DNA of 64,000 nt from Pseudobdellovibrionaceae bacterium (GTDB taxonomy: Bacteria; Bdellovibrionota; Bdellovibrionia; Bdellovibrionales; Bdellovibrionaceae): the NCBI GenBank assembly GCA_044359815.1, contig JBIKLL010000005.1:18840-82839 (forward strand). The letters run 5' to 3'. The position numbers and the translations under genes are program-made. The notes under the pieces were generated by a model. The model was not told the origin of the DNA and ran no database searches. It saw only the letters and a program-made list of their open reading frames with translations. Shown one piece after another: positions 56,318 through 64,000 of this stretch. The stretch's first letter is position 1. The number at the start of each line of letters is the position of its first letter.

Positions 56318-57394
56318 ATGTTATATCAACTTTTATATTCCTACGCCGATCAGTATTCTGTTTTCAACGTTTTTAGATACATCACAGTCAGAACATTTAT
56401 TTCGTTCTTCACTGCGTTTTTGCTGTGTTGGATTTGGGGACCTTATTTTATCCGCAGGCTTAAGGACTATCAGATCGGTCAGAGCATTCGTGATGACGGT
56501 CCTCAGTCACATAAAAAGAAAGCGGGAACTCCAACCATGGGTGGTGGATTGATTCTGCTGTCCACTTTGATTCCCTGTTTATTGTGGGTTGATATTTTAA
56601 ATCCTTTAGTGTTGGCCGTGATTGCTGTGACTTGGGGATTTGGTGCCATTGGGTATTTGGATGATTGGTTGAAAGTTTCCAAAAAAAACACCAAGGGCCT
56701 ATCGGGTAAACTCAGATTGCTGGCTGAATTTTCGATCGCCGGTCTGACTCTTTGGTATCTGGTTTATTTTCATGGGTTTTCAACAGTTGTGTTTTTACCG
56801 TTTCTAAAGAATGTGTTTTTTGATTTAGGATCTTTCTACATAATTTTTGGTGCCTTTGTGATTGTGGGAACAGCCAATGCCGTCAATTTAACAGACGGTT
56901 TGGATGGATTAGCTATTGTTCCAGTGATTATTTCGGCATCAACCTTGGGTTTGTTTTCGTATATCGCGGGCCATTCAGCCATTGCTGGTTATTTGCAAAT
57001 CCCACACATCGCAGGCGCTGGCGAGCTGACTGCCGTCGCTGCGACCATTGTCGCCGCAGGTTTGGGATTTTTGTGGTTTAACACTTACCCTGCCCAGGTA
57101 TTTATGGGCGATGTGGGAAGCCTTAGCTTGGGTGGTTTTTTGGGTTCGATGGCTGTTCTGACTAAGAATGAATTTTTAATGGTGATTTTAGGTGGGGTGT
57201 TTGTGATCGAAGCCCTCAGTGTCATCGGCCAAGTGATTTCATTTAAATTTACCGGCAAAAGAATTTTCAAGATGGCTCCCATTCACCATCACTTTGAGTT
57301 AAAGGGATTAACTGAAACTAAAATCATTGTTCGTTTTTGGATTATATCTATTTTATTAGCGGTCTTGAGCTTAAGCACATTGAAATTGAGGTAA
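56318..57394 (+). CDS. mraY: Phospho-MurNAc-pentapeptide transferase
   Basis: [20 protein letters not shown] and PIHHHFE motifs. Confidence 0.98.
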   Translation: MLYQLLYSYADQYSVFNVFRYITVRTFISFFTAFLLCWIWGPYFIRRLKDYQIGQSIRDDGPQSHKKKAGTPTMGGGLILLSTLIPCLLWVDILNPLVLAVIAVTWGFGAIGYLDDWLKVSKKNTKGLSGKLRLLAEFSIAGLTLWYLVYFHGFSTVVFLPFLKNVFFDLGSFYIIFGAFVIVGTANAVNLTDGLDGLAIVPVIISASTLGLFSYIAGHSAIAGYLQIPHIAGAGELTAVAATIVAAGLGFLWFNTYPAQVFMGDVGSLSLGGFLGSMAVLTKNEFLMVILGGVFVIEALSVIGQVISFKFTGKRIFKMAPIHHHFELKGLTETKIIVRFWIISILLAVLSLSTLKLR

Positions 57395-57397
57395 GAA

Positions 57398-58777
57398 ATG
57401 GAATTAGCAGAGTTAAAAGATAAAAAAATCTTAGTCGTGGGTCTTGGTAAAACAGGGGTTTCATTGGCAAGATTTTTACACCAACAGGGCGCAGATGTGA
57501 CTGTAACAGATCACAAATCACGACCAGAGCTTTCAGTTCAGTTGGAACAATTAGGTGATTTGCCAGTGAAATTGGATTTGGGTGGCCACAGTCCGAAAAC
57601 ATTTTTAACACAAGATTTGGTTATTTTGAGTCCCGGCATTCCATCTAATCTTAAAATATTTGATTATGCTCGCAGCCAGGGAATAAAAATCACCGGTGAA
57701 TTTGAGTTTGCCGCTCAGTTTGTCAAAGAACCCATGATTGCGATCACGGGAACAAACGGCAAAACCACAACCCTAAAATTGATTGAAGCTTTTTTGCAGG
57801 AATCAGGGATCAAAACTTGGTCTGGTGGTGCGAATGGTTTGCCATTAACAGAATATCTCAGATCGGGTGAAAAGGCTCAGGTCGTGGTCACAGAGCTATC
57901 CAGCTATATGTTGGAAAGTTGTGAAACCTTTAATCCGCAAAACATAGTGTTTATGAATTTGGCTGAAGGTCATTTAGAACGCTATCGCATGATGGAAGAT
58001 TATGTGAATGCGAAACGAAAGATATTTAAAAATACCAATCAGGGAACAACTTCAATTTTAAATGCTGATGACAATGCCGTGGTTGAATTGGCCCGCGACC
58101 CAGCTGTGCAAAGAGGAAGGATATTTTATTTTTCCAGAAAGCCTCAGTTGGAACCACAGATTATGAACATCGGTGGAGCTATCAATATCGGCAAGGAAGT
58201 CAAAGTTCGAACCGGCCCAGATATTGAGACCTATGATATTTCAAATTTGAAAATGCGCGGTCGTCATTCGATCGAAAATGTTATGGCAGCGATTCTGGCA
58301 GCCAGGGAGCATGGAGCCAAGAAAGAAGCTATTCAAAAAGTCATGGGCGAATTCCGGGGACTGCCACATAGATTGGAATACGTTCGTAAAGCGGGTGGCG
58401 TGCAGTTTTTTAATGATTCAAAGGCGACCAATGTTCACGCTGTTCTAAGAGCACTGGATTCGTTTGAAGAAAACGTGATTTTGATCGCTGGTGGTAAAAA
58501 CACAAATTTAAATTATGAGCCTTTACGGACTGCTGTGAAACGCAAAGTTAAGACTTTGATCTTGGTTGGTGAAGCCAAAGAAAAAATAAACCGCGACCTG
58601 GGGGATTTTTCTGAAACCTTCTTGATCGGTACCTTTGAGGAAGCTGTGTTGATTGCTTACCAAAAGTCTAGGATTGGTGACATAGTATTATTGTCACCTG
58701 GCTGTGCCAGCTTTGATATGTTTGACTCTTTCGAAGAGCGCGGCGACTATTTTAAAGAGATAGTTAGAAAATTCTAA
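57398..58777 (+). CDS. murD: MurD ligase
   Basis: GLGKTG, SPGI, GTNGKTTT, NDSKATN and LSPGCASFDMF motifs. Confidence 0.96.
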   Translation: MELAELKDKKILVVGLGKTGVSLARFLHQQGADVTVTDHKSRPELSVQLEQLGDLPVKLDLGGHSPKTFLTQDLVILSPGIPSNLKIFDYARSQGIKITGEFEFAAQFVKEPMIAITGTNGKTTTLKLIEAFLQESGIKTWSGGANGLPLTEYLRSGEKAQVVVTELSSYMLESCETFNPQNIVFMNLAEGHLERYRMMEDYVNAKRKIFKNTNQGTTSILNADDNAVVELARDPAVQRGRIFYFSRKPQLEPQIMNIGGAINIGKEVKVRTGPDIETYDISNLKMRGRHSIENVMAAILAAREHGAKKEAIQKVMGEFRGLPHRLEYVRKAGGVQFFNDSKATNVHAVLRALDSFEENVILIAGGKNTNLNYEPLRTAVKRKVKTLILVGEAKEKINRDLGDFSETFLIGTFEEAVLIAYQKSRIGDIVLLSPGCASFDMFDSFEERGDYFKEIVRKF

Positions 58778-58805
58778 TTGTACAGTCGCTTAAGGAGGAG
58801 CTTGT

Positions 58806-59198
58806 ATGATTTTTAGATCATTAGTGTTGGTTGTTATTGGTTCACTCTTTTTTGCTGGGTGTGCATCCTCAAAATTCAAACAACGTAAAGAACAACGGGA
58901 TGCTTTGGTGAAAAACCAAGGAATCTATTGTGACATGGTTAACGGCGATGTTTATCCAGATGTTGAAATCCAAACAAATATCGAAATGGCAAAACGCTGT
59001 GATGCCAATAAAAGTTTTTCAGTCACCAATTACCGTGCGCCGACTTCGGACACAGTGGGATTGATTTACTGTTGTGCTCTGTCAGCCGCAGGCAAAGATG
59101 ATTTAGAGATCAAGCCGCCAGCAAAAGCTGCTAAGGAAAAAGAACCTAAAGAAGAGAAAAAAGCAGAAAAGCCCAGCGAGACTCCTGCAACAAATTAA
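58806..59198 (+). CDS. Cys-containing lipoprotein of unknown function inside the dcw cluster
   Basis: AGGAGG RBS; FAGC lipobox; stop overlaps the ftsW start. Confidence 0.8.
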   Translation: MIFRSLVLVVIGSLFFAGCASSKFKQRKEQRDALVKNQGIYCDMVNGDVYPDVEIQTNIEMAKRCDANKSFSVTNYRAPTSDTVGLIYCCALSAAGKDDLEIKPPAKAAKEKEPKEEKKAEKPSETPATN

Positions 59199-60325
59199 TG
59201 CAATCCAGATTTGTTAGCCCTTTATTGTTGGCAGTACTGGCATTAATGGGCTTTGGATTGGTTCAAGTTTATTCTTCCAGTTATTTTTTTGCGTCTGAGA
59301 TGTTTTCAGAAAATCTGTATTTTTTTAAACGCCAATTGCTGTTTGTGGGATTGGGTTTGTGTTGTTTGATTTTTTTTGCTGTGATCCCTTTGGTTTGGAT
59401 CAAAAAAACTGGTTGGTTGATTTGGGTTGCAGCTTCAGTAGGTGTGATCTTAACTTTTGTGCCAGGGCTTGCAAGCCGTGCCGGAGGGGCTGCCAGGTGG
59501 TTAAAGCTGCCCATGGATTTCAGATTTGAACCGTCAGAATTGCTCAAGTTTTCATTTGCATTGTTGGTAGCGACCTTGTTCATCCGCAGCGAAAGTTATT
59601 TAAAAAAAATCCCCTTGAAAATTTTGATTCCAATGGTGTTTGTGCCGGTTTTTTTGCTGCTGAAGCAACCTGATTTTGGAAGCTTTGCAATTATCGTTTT
59701 GGTCGGATTTTCCATATTGTTTGCCTTCGGCTTAAAATGGCGTTGGATTGCACTGGCGGCGGGAACCATCGCGCCTGCGTTTTATTTTTTGGTGATGAAT
59801 GTTGATTACAGAAGGGCCAGGATTTTGTCTTTTTTGGATCCTTGGGCAGACCCGGCATCCAGGGGATTTCAAGTGATTCAGTCAATGCTCAGTTTCCATT
59901 CAGGTGGGATCACTGGTGTGGGATTGGGACAAAGTCAGGGAAAATTATTTTTTCTGCCCGAAGCTCACACGGATTTCACTGTGGCTATTTTAGGCGAAGA
60001 GCTGGGGTTTTTAGGATTCACGGCGATTTTGTTGATCTATGGATTTATAATTTTTCGGGGCATCCAGTTGTCGATTAAATCCGAAGACGTTTTCAGCAAA
60101 ACGGCTGCATTGGGGATAACAATGACCTTTGCATTTAGCGTTTTTATAAATGTTGGAGTGGCTTTAGGAATGTTGCCGACCAAAGGTTTGACCCTGCCAT
60201 TTTTAAGTTACGGGGGCAGTTCATTGGTTGTGCTCAGTCTTATGTTTGGTATCTTGATTAACATCGAACGCAATATTCATAATTGGTCGACAAAATCACG
60301 CGGACATAATATTTCAAGAATATGA
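59198..60325 (+). CDS. ftsW: SEDS glycosyltransferase FtsW
   Basis: EPSE, QPDFG, LPEAHTDF, PTKG and SYGGSS motifs. Confidence 0.96.
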   Translation: MQSRFVSPLLLAVLALMGFGLVQVYSSSYFFASEMFSENLYFFKRQLLFVGLGLCCLIFFAVIPLVWIKKTGWLIWVAASVGVILTFVPGLASRAGGAARWLKLPMDFRFEPSELLKFSFALLVATLFIRSESYLKKIPLKILIPMVFVPVFLLLKQPDFGSFAIIVLVGFSILFAFGLKWRWIALAAGTIAPAFYFLVMNVDYRRARILSFLDPWADPASRGFQVIQSMLSFHSGGITGVGLGQSQGKLFFLPEAHTDFTVAILGEELGFLGFTAILLIYGFIIFRGIQLSIKSEDVFSKTAALGITMTFAFSVFINVGVALGMLPTKGLTLPFLSYGGSSLVVLSLMFGILINIERNIHNWSTKSRGHNISRI

Positions 60326-61398
60326 AATTAATTTTTATTGCCGGAGGCGGCACTGCTGGTCACATAAATCCTGGCATTTCGGTGGCTCAAGCCATTCATA
60401 AACAAAACTCAAATATTAATGTTGAATTTGTCGGAACCAAATTGGGCATGGAGGGAACTCTGGTTCCTGAAAAAGGTTTTGGTATTCGGTTTATTTCTTC
60501 AGCCAAGATGAATCACAGCGGTGTATTGTCTAAAATTTTTGGACTGTTTTATCTGGCAATGGGATTTTTTCAAAGCCTGGCGATGATCAGAAAACATAAG
60601 CCTGATTATGTCCTGGGCGTAGGGGGCTATGCTTCGGTTCCCATGGTGTTAGCCTCTGCATTGACGGGAACCCCAACTGCCATTTGGGAACCTAATGCCT
60701 ATCCTGGTTTGGCCAATGTGTTTTTATCTTATTTTGTCAGAACAGTTTTTTTGGTTTTTGAGTCCGCTAAAAGGAAGCTCAAATCACAAAAGTTTTTTGT
60801 TTATGGCATGCCAATCCGCAAAGAGCTGGAAGACGCCCAGTATATTTTTAATCCTCAACAGAAATTAAAGGTCCTACACTATGGCGGATCACAGGGTGCC
60901 AGATCTATTGGGCGTGCATTGTGTGATTTACTGAAAACCAAACAGAGTTGGCTTAGCCAATGTGAATTTGTGCATCAAACTGGCAAAGTAGACTTTGAAA
61001 AATTTAAATCCGAATATGATCAAGCTCAAGTCAGGGTAGAGGTTTATCCGTACATCCAAGATATGGTTAAATTCTATCAATGGGCTGATGTGGTTATTGC
61101 CAGAGCCGGAGCCAGTACAATCGCTGAACTGGCCAAGGCTGGTAAGCCATCTATTTTGATTCCGTTGCAAATTGCTGATGGTCATCAAATAGAAAACGCA
61201 AAAAGTCTGGCGCACAAACAATCAGCAATCATGATTTTGCAAAAAGATTTGTCACCGCAATCTTTAGGTGATGCACTAAAACAGATGCTGGAAAATCAAA
61301 ACATCAGACGCGAGCTTCATGATAATATTCAAAAGTTTTATGCGCCCAATGCAGCTGATAAAATTGCAAACGAAATTCTGTCAGCGAGGCCCTCATGA
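60322..61398 (+). CDS. murG: MurG glycosyltransferase
   Basis: GGGTAGH, GGY, GGSQGA and RAGAST motifs. Confidence 0.97.
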   Translation: MKLIFIAGGGTAGHINPGISVAQAIHKQNSNINVEFVGTKLGMEGTLVPEKGFGIRFISSAKMNHSGVLSKIFGLFYLAMGFFQSLAMIRKHKPDYVLGVGGYASVPMVLASALTGTPTAIWEPNAYPGLANVFLSYFVRTVFLVFESAKRKLKSQKFFVYGMPIRKELEDAQYIFNPQQKLKVLHYGGSQGARSIGRALCDLLKTKQSWLSQCEFVHQTGKVDFEKFKSEYDQAQVRVEVYPYIQDMVKFYQWADVVIARAGASTIAELAKAGKPSILIPLQIADGHQIENAKSLAHKQSAIMILQKDLSPQSLGDALKQMLENQNIRRELHDNIQKFYAPNAADKIANEILSARPS

Positions 61399-62750
61399 GT
61401 CTTAAGAGTTCACATTTTCATTTTATCGGTGTGGGTGGCATTGGGATGTGTGGCTTGGCTGAGTTGTTGCATAATATAGGTGCCAAAGTTTCTGGTAGTG
61501 ATCAGCAAGTCAATGCCAATACCGAAAGACTATCAAAATTAGGGGTTCAAATTTTTAAGGGCCATCAGGCCATGCAGATTGGTGAAGCTGATGTGGTTGT
61601 TTATTCAAGTGCAGTACCAGTTAATAACCCAGAATTCATCGCAGCCAAAGCCAAAAAAGTTCCGTTAATTCCCAGGGCAGAAGCCTTGGCAGAAATTATG
61701 AGGCTTAAAAAAGGCATAGCAATAGCTGGAACCCATGGAAAGACTACGACGACTTCTCTGATTGCCTCAATTCTGCTGCATGCTAAAAAGGACCCAACCA
61801 TTGTTGTGGGCGGTAGGTTAGACGTTATTAAATCCACAGCTTTGCTGGGGAAGGGTGATTGGCTTGTGGCCGAAGCGGATGAAAGCGATGGAAGCTTTCA
61901 GAAGCTGAATCCGGAAATTTCAGTGATCACAAATATTGATAACGATCATCTGGATTTTTACAAATCTTTCGAAAACATTAAAAAAGCATTTTTTGATTTT
62001 GGCAATCGAGTTCCGTTTTACGGAAAATTGATTGTTTGTGGTGATGATCAGAATATTCGTGAAGTATTTAAAAATTTTAACAAGAAAATTTATTACTATG
62101 GTTTTGATAAATCCAATGATTTTGTGATTTCAGCAGTCAGTGGAAAGCCCATTGGGAATTACGAGTTGAGCCAACACAATCAAAAACTAGGACAGTTTCA
62201 ATTAGGACTCAGTGGCAGGCACAATGCTTTGAATGCTTCCGCCGCCATCATCGTGGGCATGGGTTGCGGATTGTTTTTTGAAGAATGCGCAGCTGGTATC
62301 AGTCATTTTCAGGGCGTCGACAGACGTATGCAGTTCAAGGGTAAATTTGGAAGCATTCAGGTGTTTGATGATTATGGTCATCATCCGACCGAAATACGAG
62401 CAACCCTTCAGGGTGTTCGCGAAAAATTTCCTGATTCAGAAATCGTAGTGTTGTTTCAGCCGCACAGATATTCCAGAACTCAATCCTGTTGGCAGGATTT
62501 CACGGAATGTTTTTCCGACGCCAATCAGGTTATGATCACTGAAATCTATGCAGCGGGCGAGCAGCCATTAGAGGGAATCACTTCAGAGCTTTTGGCAAAA
62601 GCCGTGAAAGCCAAAAATTGCCAGTTTGTACAAAAAGCTGATTTGATAAAACAAATTAGAAGCAAGAAATTTTCCGACAAGACTGTGATTATCACTTTGG
62701 GCGCTGGCGATATTTGGAAAATCGGTGAGGCCTTAATAAATGGAACTTAG
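61395..62750 (+). CDS. murC: MurC ligase
   Basis: GVGGIGM, GTHGKTTT, EADESD, DDYGHHP and FQPHRYSR motifs. Confidence 0.97.
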   Translation: MSLKSSHFHFIGVGGIGMCGLAELLHNIGAKVSGSDQQVNANTERLSKLGVQIFKGHQAMQIGEADVVVYSSAVPVNNPEFIAAKAKKVPLIPRAEALAEIMRLKKGIAIAGTHGKTTTTSLIASILLHAKKDPTIVVGGRLDVIKSTALLGKGDWLVAEADESDGSFQKLNPEISVITNIDNDHLDFYKSFENIKKAFFDFGNRVPFYGKLIVCGDDQNIREVFKNFNKKIYYYGFDKSNDFVISAVSGKPIGNYELSQHNQKLGQFQLGLSGRHNALNASAAIIVGMGCGLFFEECAAGISHFQGVDRRMQFKGKFGSIQVFDDYGHHPTEIRATLQGVREKFPDSEIVVLFQPHRYSRTQSCWQDFTECFSDANQVMITEIYAAGEQPLEGITSELLAKAVKAKNCQFVQKADLIKQIRSKKFSDKTVIITLGAGDIWKIGEALINGT

Positions 62751-63630
62751 TATTCAAGAAAAAGTTTTGTTAAAACCTTATACAACCTGGCAGGTCGGCG
62801 GACCTGCGGAATATTTTTGTCTGCCAAAAACAATTGCTGATATTAAATTTGCCTGCAAGTGGGCTCAGGAAAAAAACTTGGCTGTGACTGTTCTGGCGGG
62901 TGGCAGTAATGTTTTAGTTTCTGATCAAGGCGTTGATGGTTTGGTGATTTGTCTAAAATATTTTAATTATTTGAAAACTGGTTCCGAGGGTGGGGTTTTC
63001 AGAATTTCTTGTGATTCTGGAGTCGCGAAATCTGAATTGCTGAAAACTTATTTAAAAAATAAATTAGCACCCGCAGTTTTTCTGGCGGGGATTCCTGGCG
63101 ATGTGGGCGGCGGAGTTGTGATGAATGCGGGAATTGCCGAGAGCATTAAGCCACGAGAATTTGTCGAGATTGTCGAAAGCATAGAAGTTCTGAAGCCTGA
63201 TTTGTCAGTCAAAAAATATATGAATGCGGATTTAAATTGGAGTTATCGTCACTGTAATGGCTGGCAGCCAGGAATCATCGTGGGTGTGACACTGGCTTGG
63301 CCTGAAAAACCTGATGACCAGGTGTTGGACAAAGTCAGGAGTGCGAACAAAACCCGTCTGAGCAAGCAGCCATTGGATATGCCTAGTTGTGGTTCTGTGT
63401 TTGTAAACCCACCTGGACACAAGGCGGCCCAGTTGATTGAAACCTGTGACCTGAAGGGATTTCAGATTGGGCAGGCTCAAGTTTCCAAGAAGCACGCAAA
63501 TTTTATTGTCAATCTGGGAGGCTGCTCATCAAGTGATCTGCTAAGGGTGATTGAGCATGTGAAATCTAAAGTAAAAGCTCAAACAAATGTGTCGCTGCAG
63601 ACTGAAGTTATCAAAATTGGCAGATGGTAA
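62740..63630 (+). CDS. murB: MurB reductase
   Basis: GGPA, GGSN, IPG.VGG...MNAG, GSVF.NP and HANF motifs. Confidence 0.97.
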   Translation: MELSIQEKVLLKPYTTWQVGGPAEYFCLPKTIADIKFACKWAQEKNLAVTVLAGGSNVLVSDQGVDGLVICLKYFNYLKTGSEGGVFRISCDSGVAKSELLKTYLKNKLAPAVFLAGIPGDVGGGVVMNAGIAESIKPREFVEIVESIEVLKPDLSVKKYMNADLNWSYRHCNGWQPGIIVGVTLAWPEKPDDQVLDKVRSANKTRLSKQPLDMPSCGSVFVNPPGHKAAQLIETCDLKGFQIGQAQVSKKHANFIVNLGGCSSSDLLRVIEHVKSKVKAQTNVSLQTEVIKIGRW

Positions 63631-63778
63631 TTTAAATTTAAGATTCTGAATTTTCACAAAAAATTAATTTCAAAGACTTAAGTCCTTTTAAAATTACATA
63701 AAATTCAGACCGTCACAAATGTCCATATTATCACCTGTCTAGCTTGTGATTCCAAAAATAGTTTCCGAGACTGTTAGT

Positions 63779-64000
63779 ATGGAAAAACAAATCAAAATTA
63801 TTTTATTGTTAAGTTTAGGTTTTTTATTTGCGGGTTGCGGACCTGGTGCTGCAGTGGGATTACTGAGCCAGTTTCAGCAACACCCTGATGAGGCCCAACA
63901 GCCTGATGGTAGCAACGACTCACAGGAGGATCCTGATGTCGGTCGGGGTTTGCCAATCGATGAATACAGCAAGGTTATATTGTCAGCTGAAATGAATATT
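63779..64000 (+). CDS. Lipoprotein, partial (runs off window)
   Basis: MEKQIKIILLLSLGFLFAGCGPG; open to the window end. Confidence 0.65.
   Translation, partial: MEKQIKIILLLSLGFLFAGCGPGAAVGLLSQFQQHPDEAQQPDGSNDSQEDPDVGRGLPIDEYSKVILSAEMNI

Overview
AT-rich bacterial chromosomal window. Gene content (secreted L,D-transpeptidases, DacB, AgmX/PglI-type protein, fliD-fliS, PilZ-like and GGDEF proteins, an interrupted dcw cluster) is most consistent with a Bdellovibrionota-like predator; this taxonomic call is an inference. Bases 1-23,000 are accessory. They hold a sigma54-type hotdog-like + ICMT-family methyltransferase unit opposite a membrane nucleotide cyclase, a BrnT/BrnA pair whose toxin has a premature stop, surface and secreted proteins, and a htpX-terC / LysR-baeRF3-HPF module. 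Bases 23,000-35,000 are flagellar cap genes followed by a sigma54-type TPR/GT9/two-component locus. Bases 35,000-64,000 are mostly core genes (rsmD, coaD, aspC, lspA, dacB, hpt, rsmH-ftsL-ftsI-murE-murF-mraY-murD-ftsW-murG-murC-murB). The most striking signal is non-coding: three families of modular, nestable intergenic fold-back elements. (i) Four elements are bounded by an invariant 30-bp inverted repeat whose ends coincide with neighbouring stop codons. (ii) A GC-rich bulged core sits inside covarying AT-rich stems, nested in two of those four and also present once alone. (iii) Two 0.4-0.5 kb 'Russian doll' rods are built from alternating conserved A/B modules. No transposase, integrase, cas, rRNA or tRNA gene was recognised.
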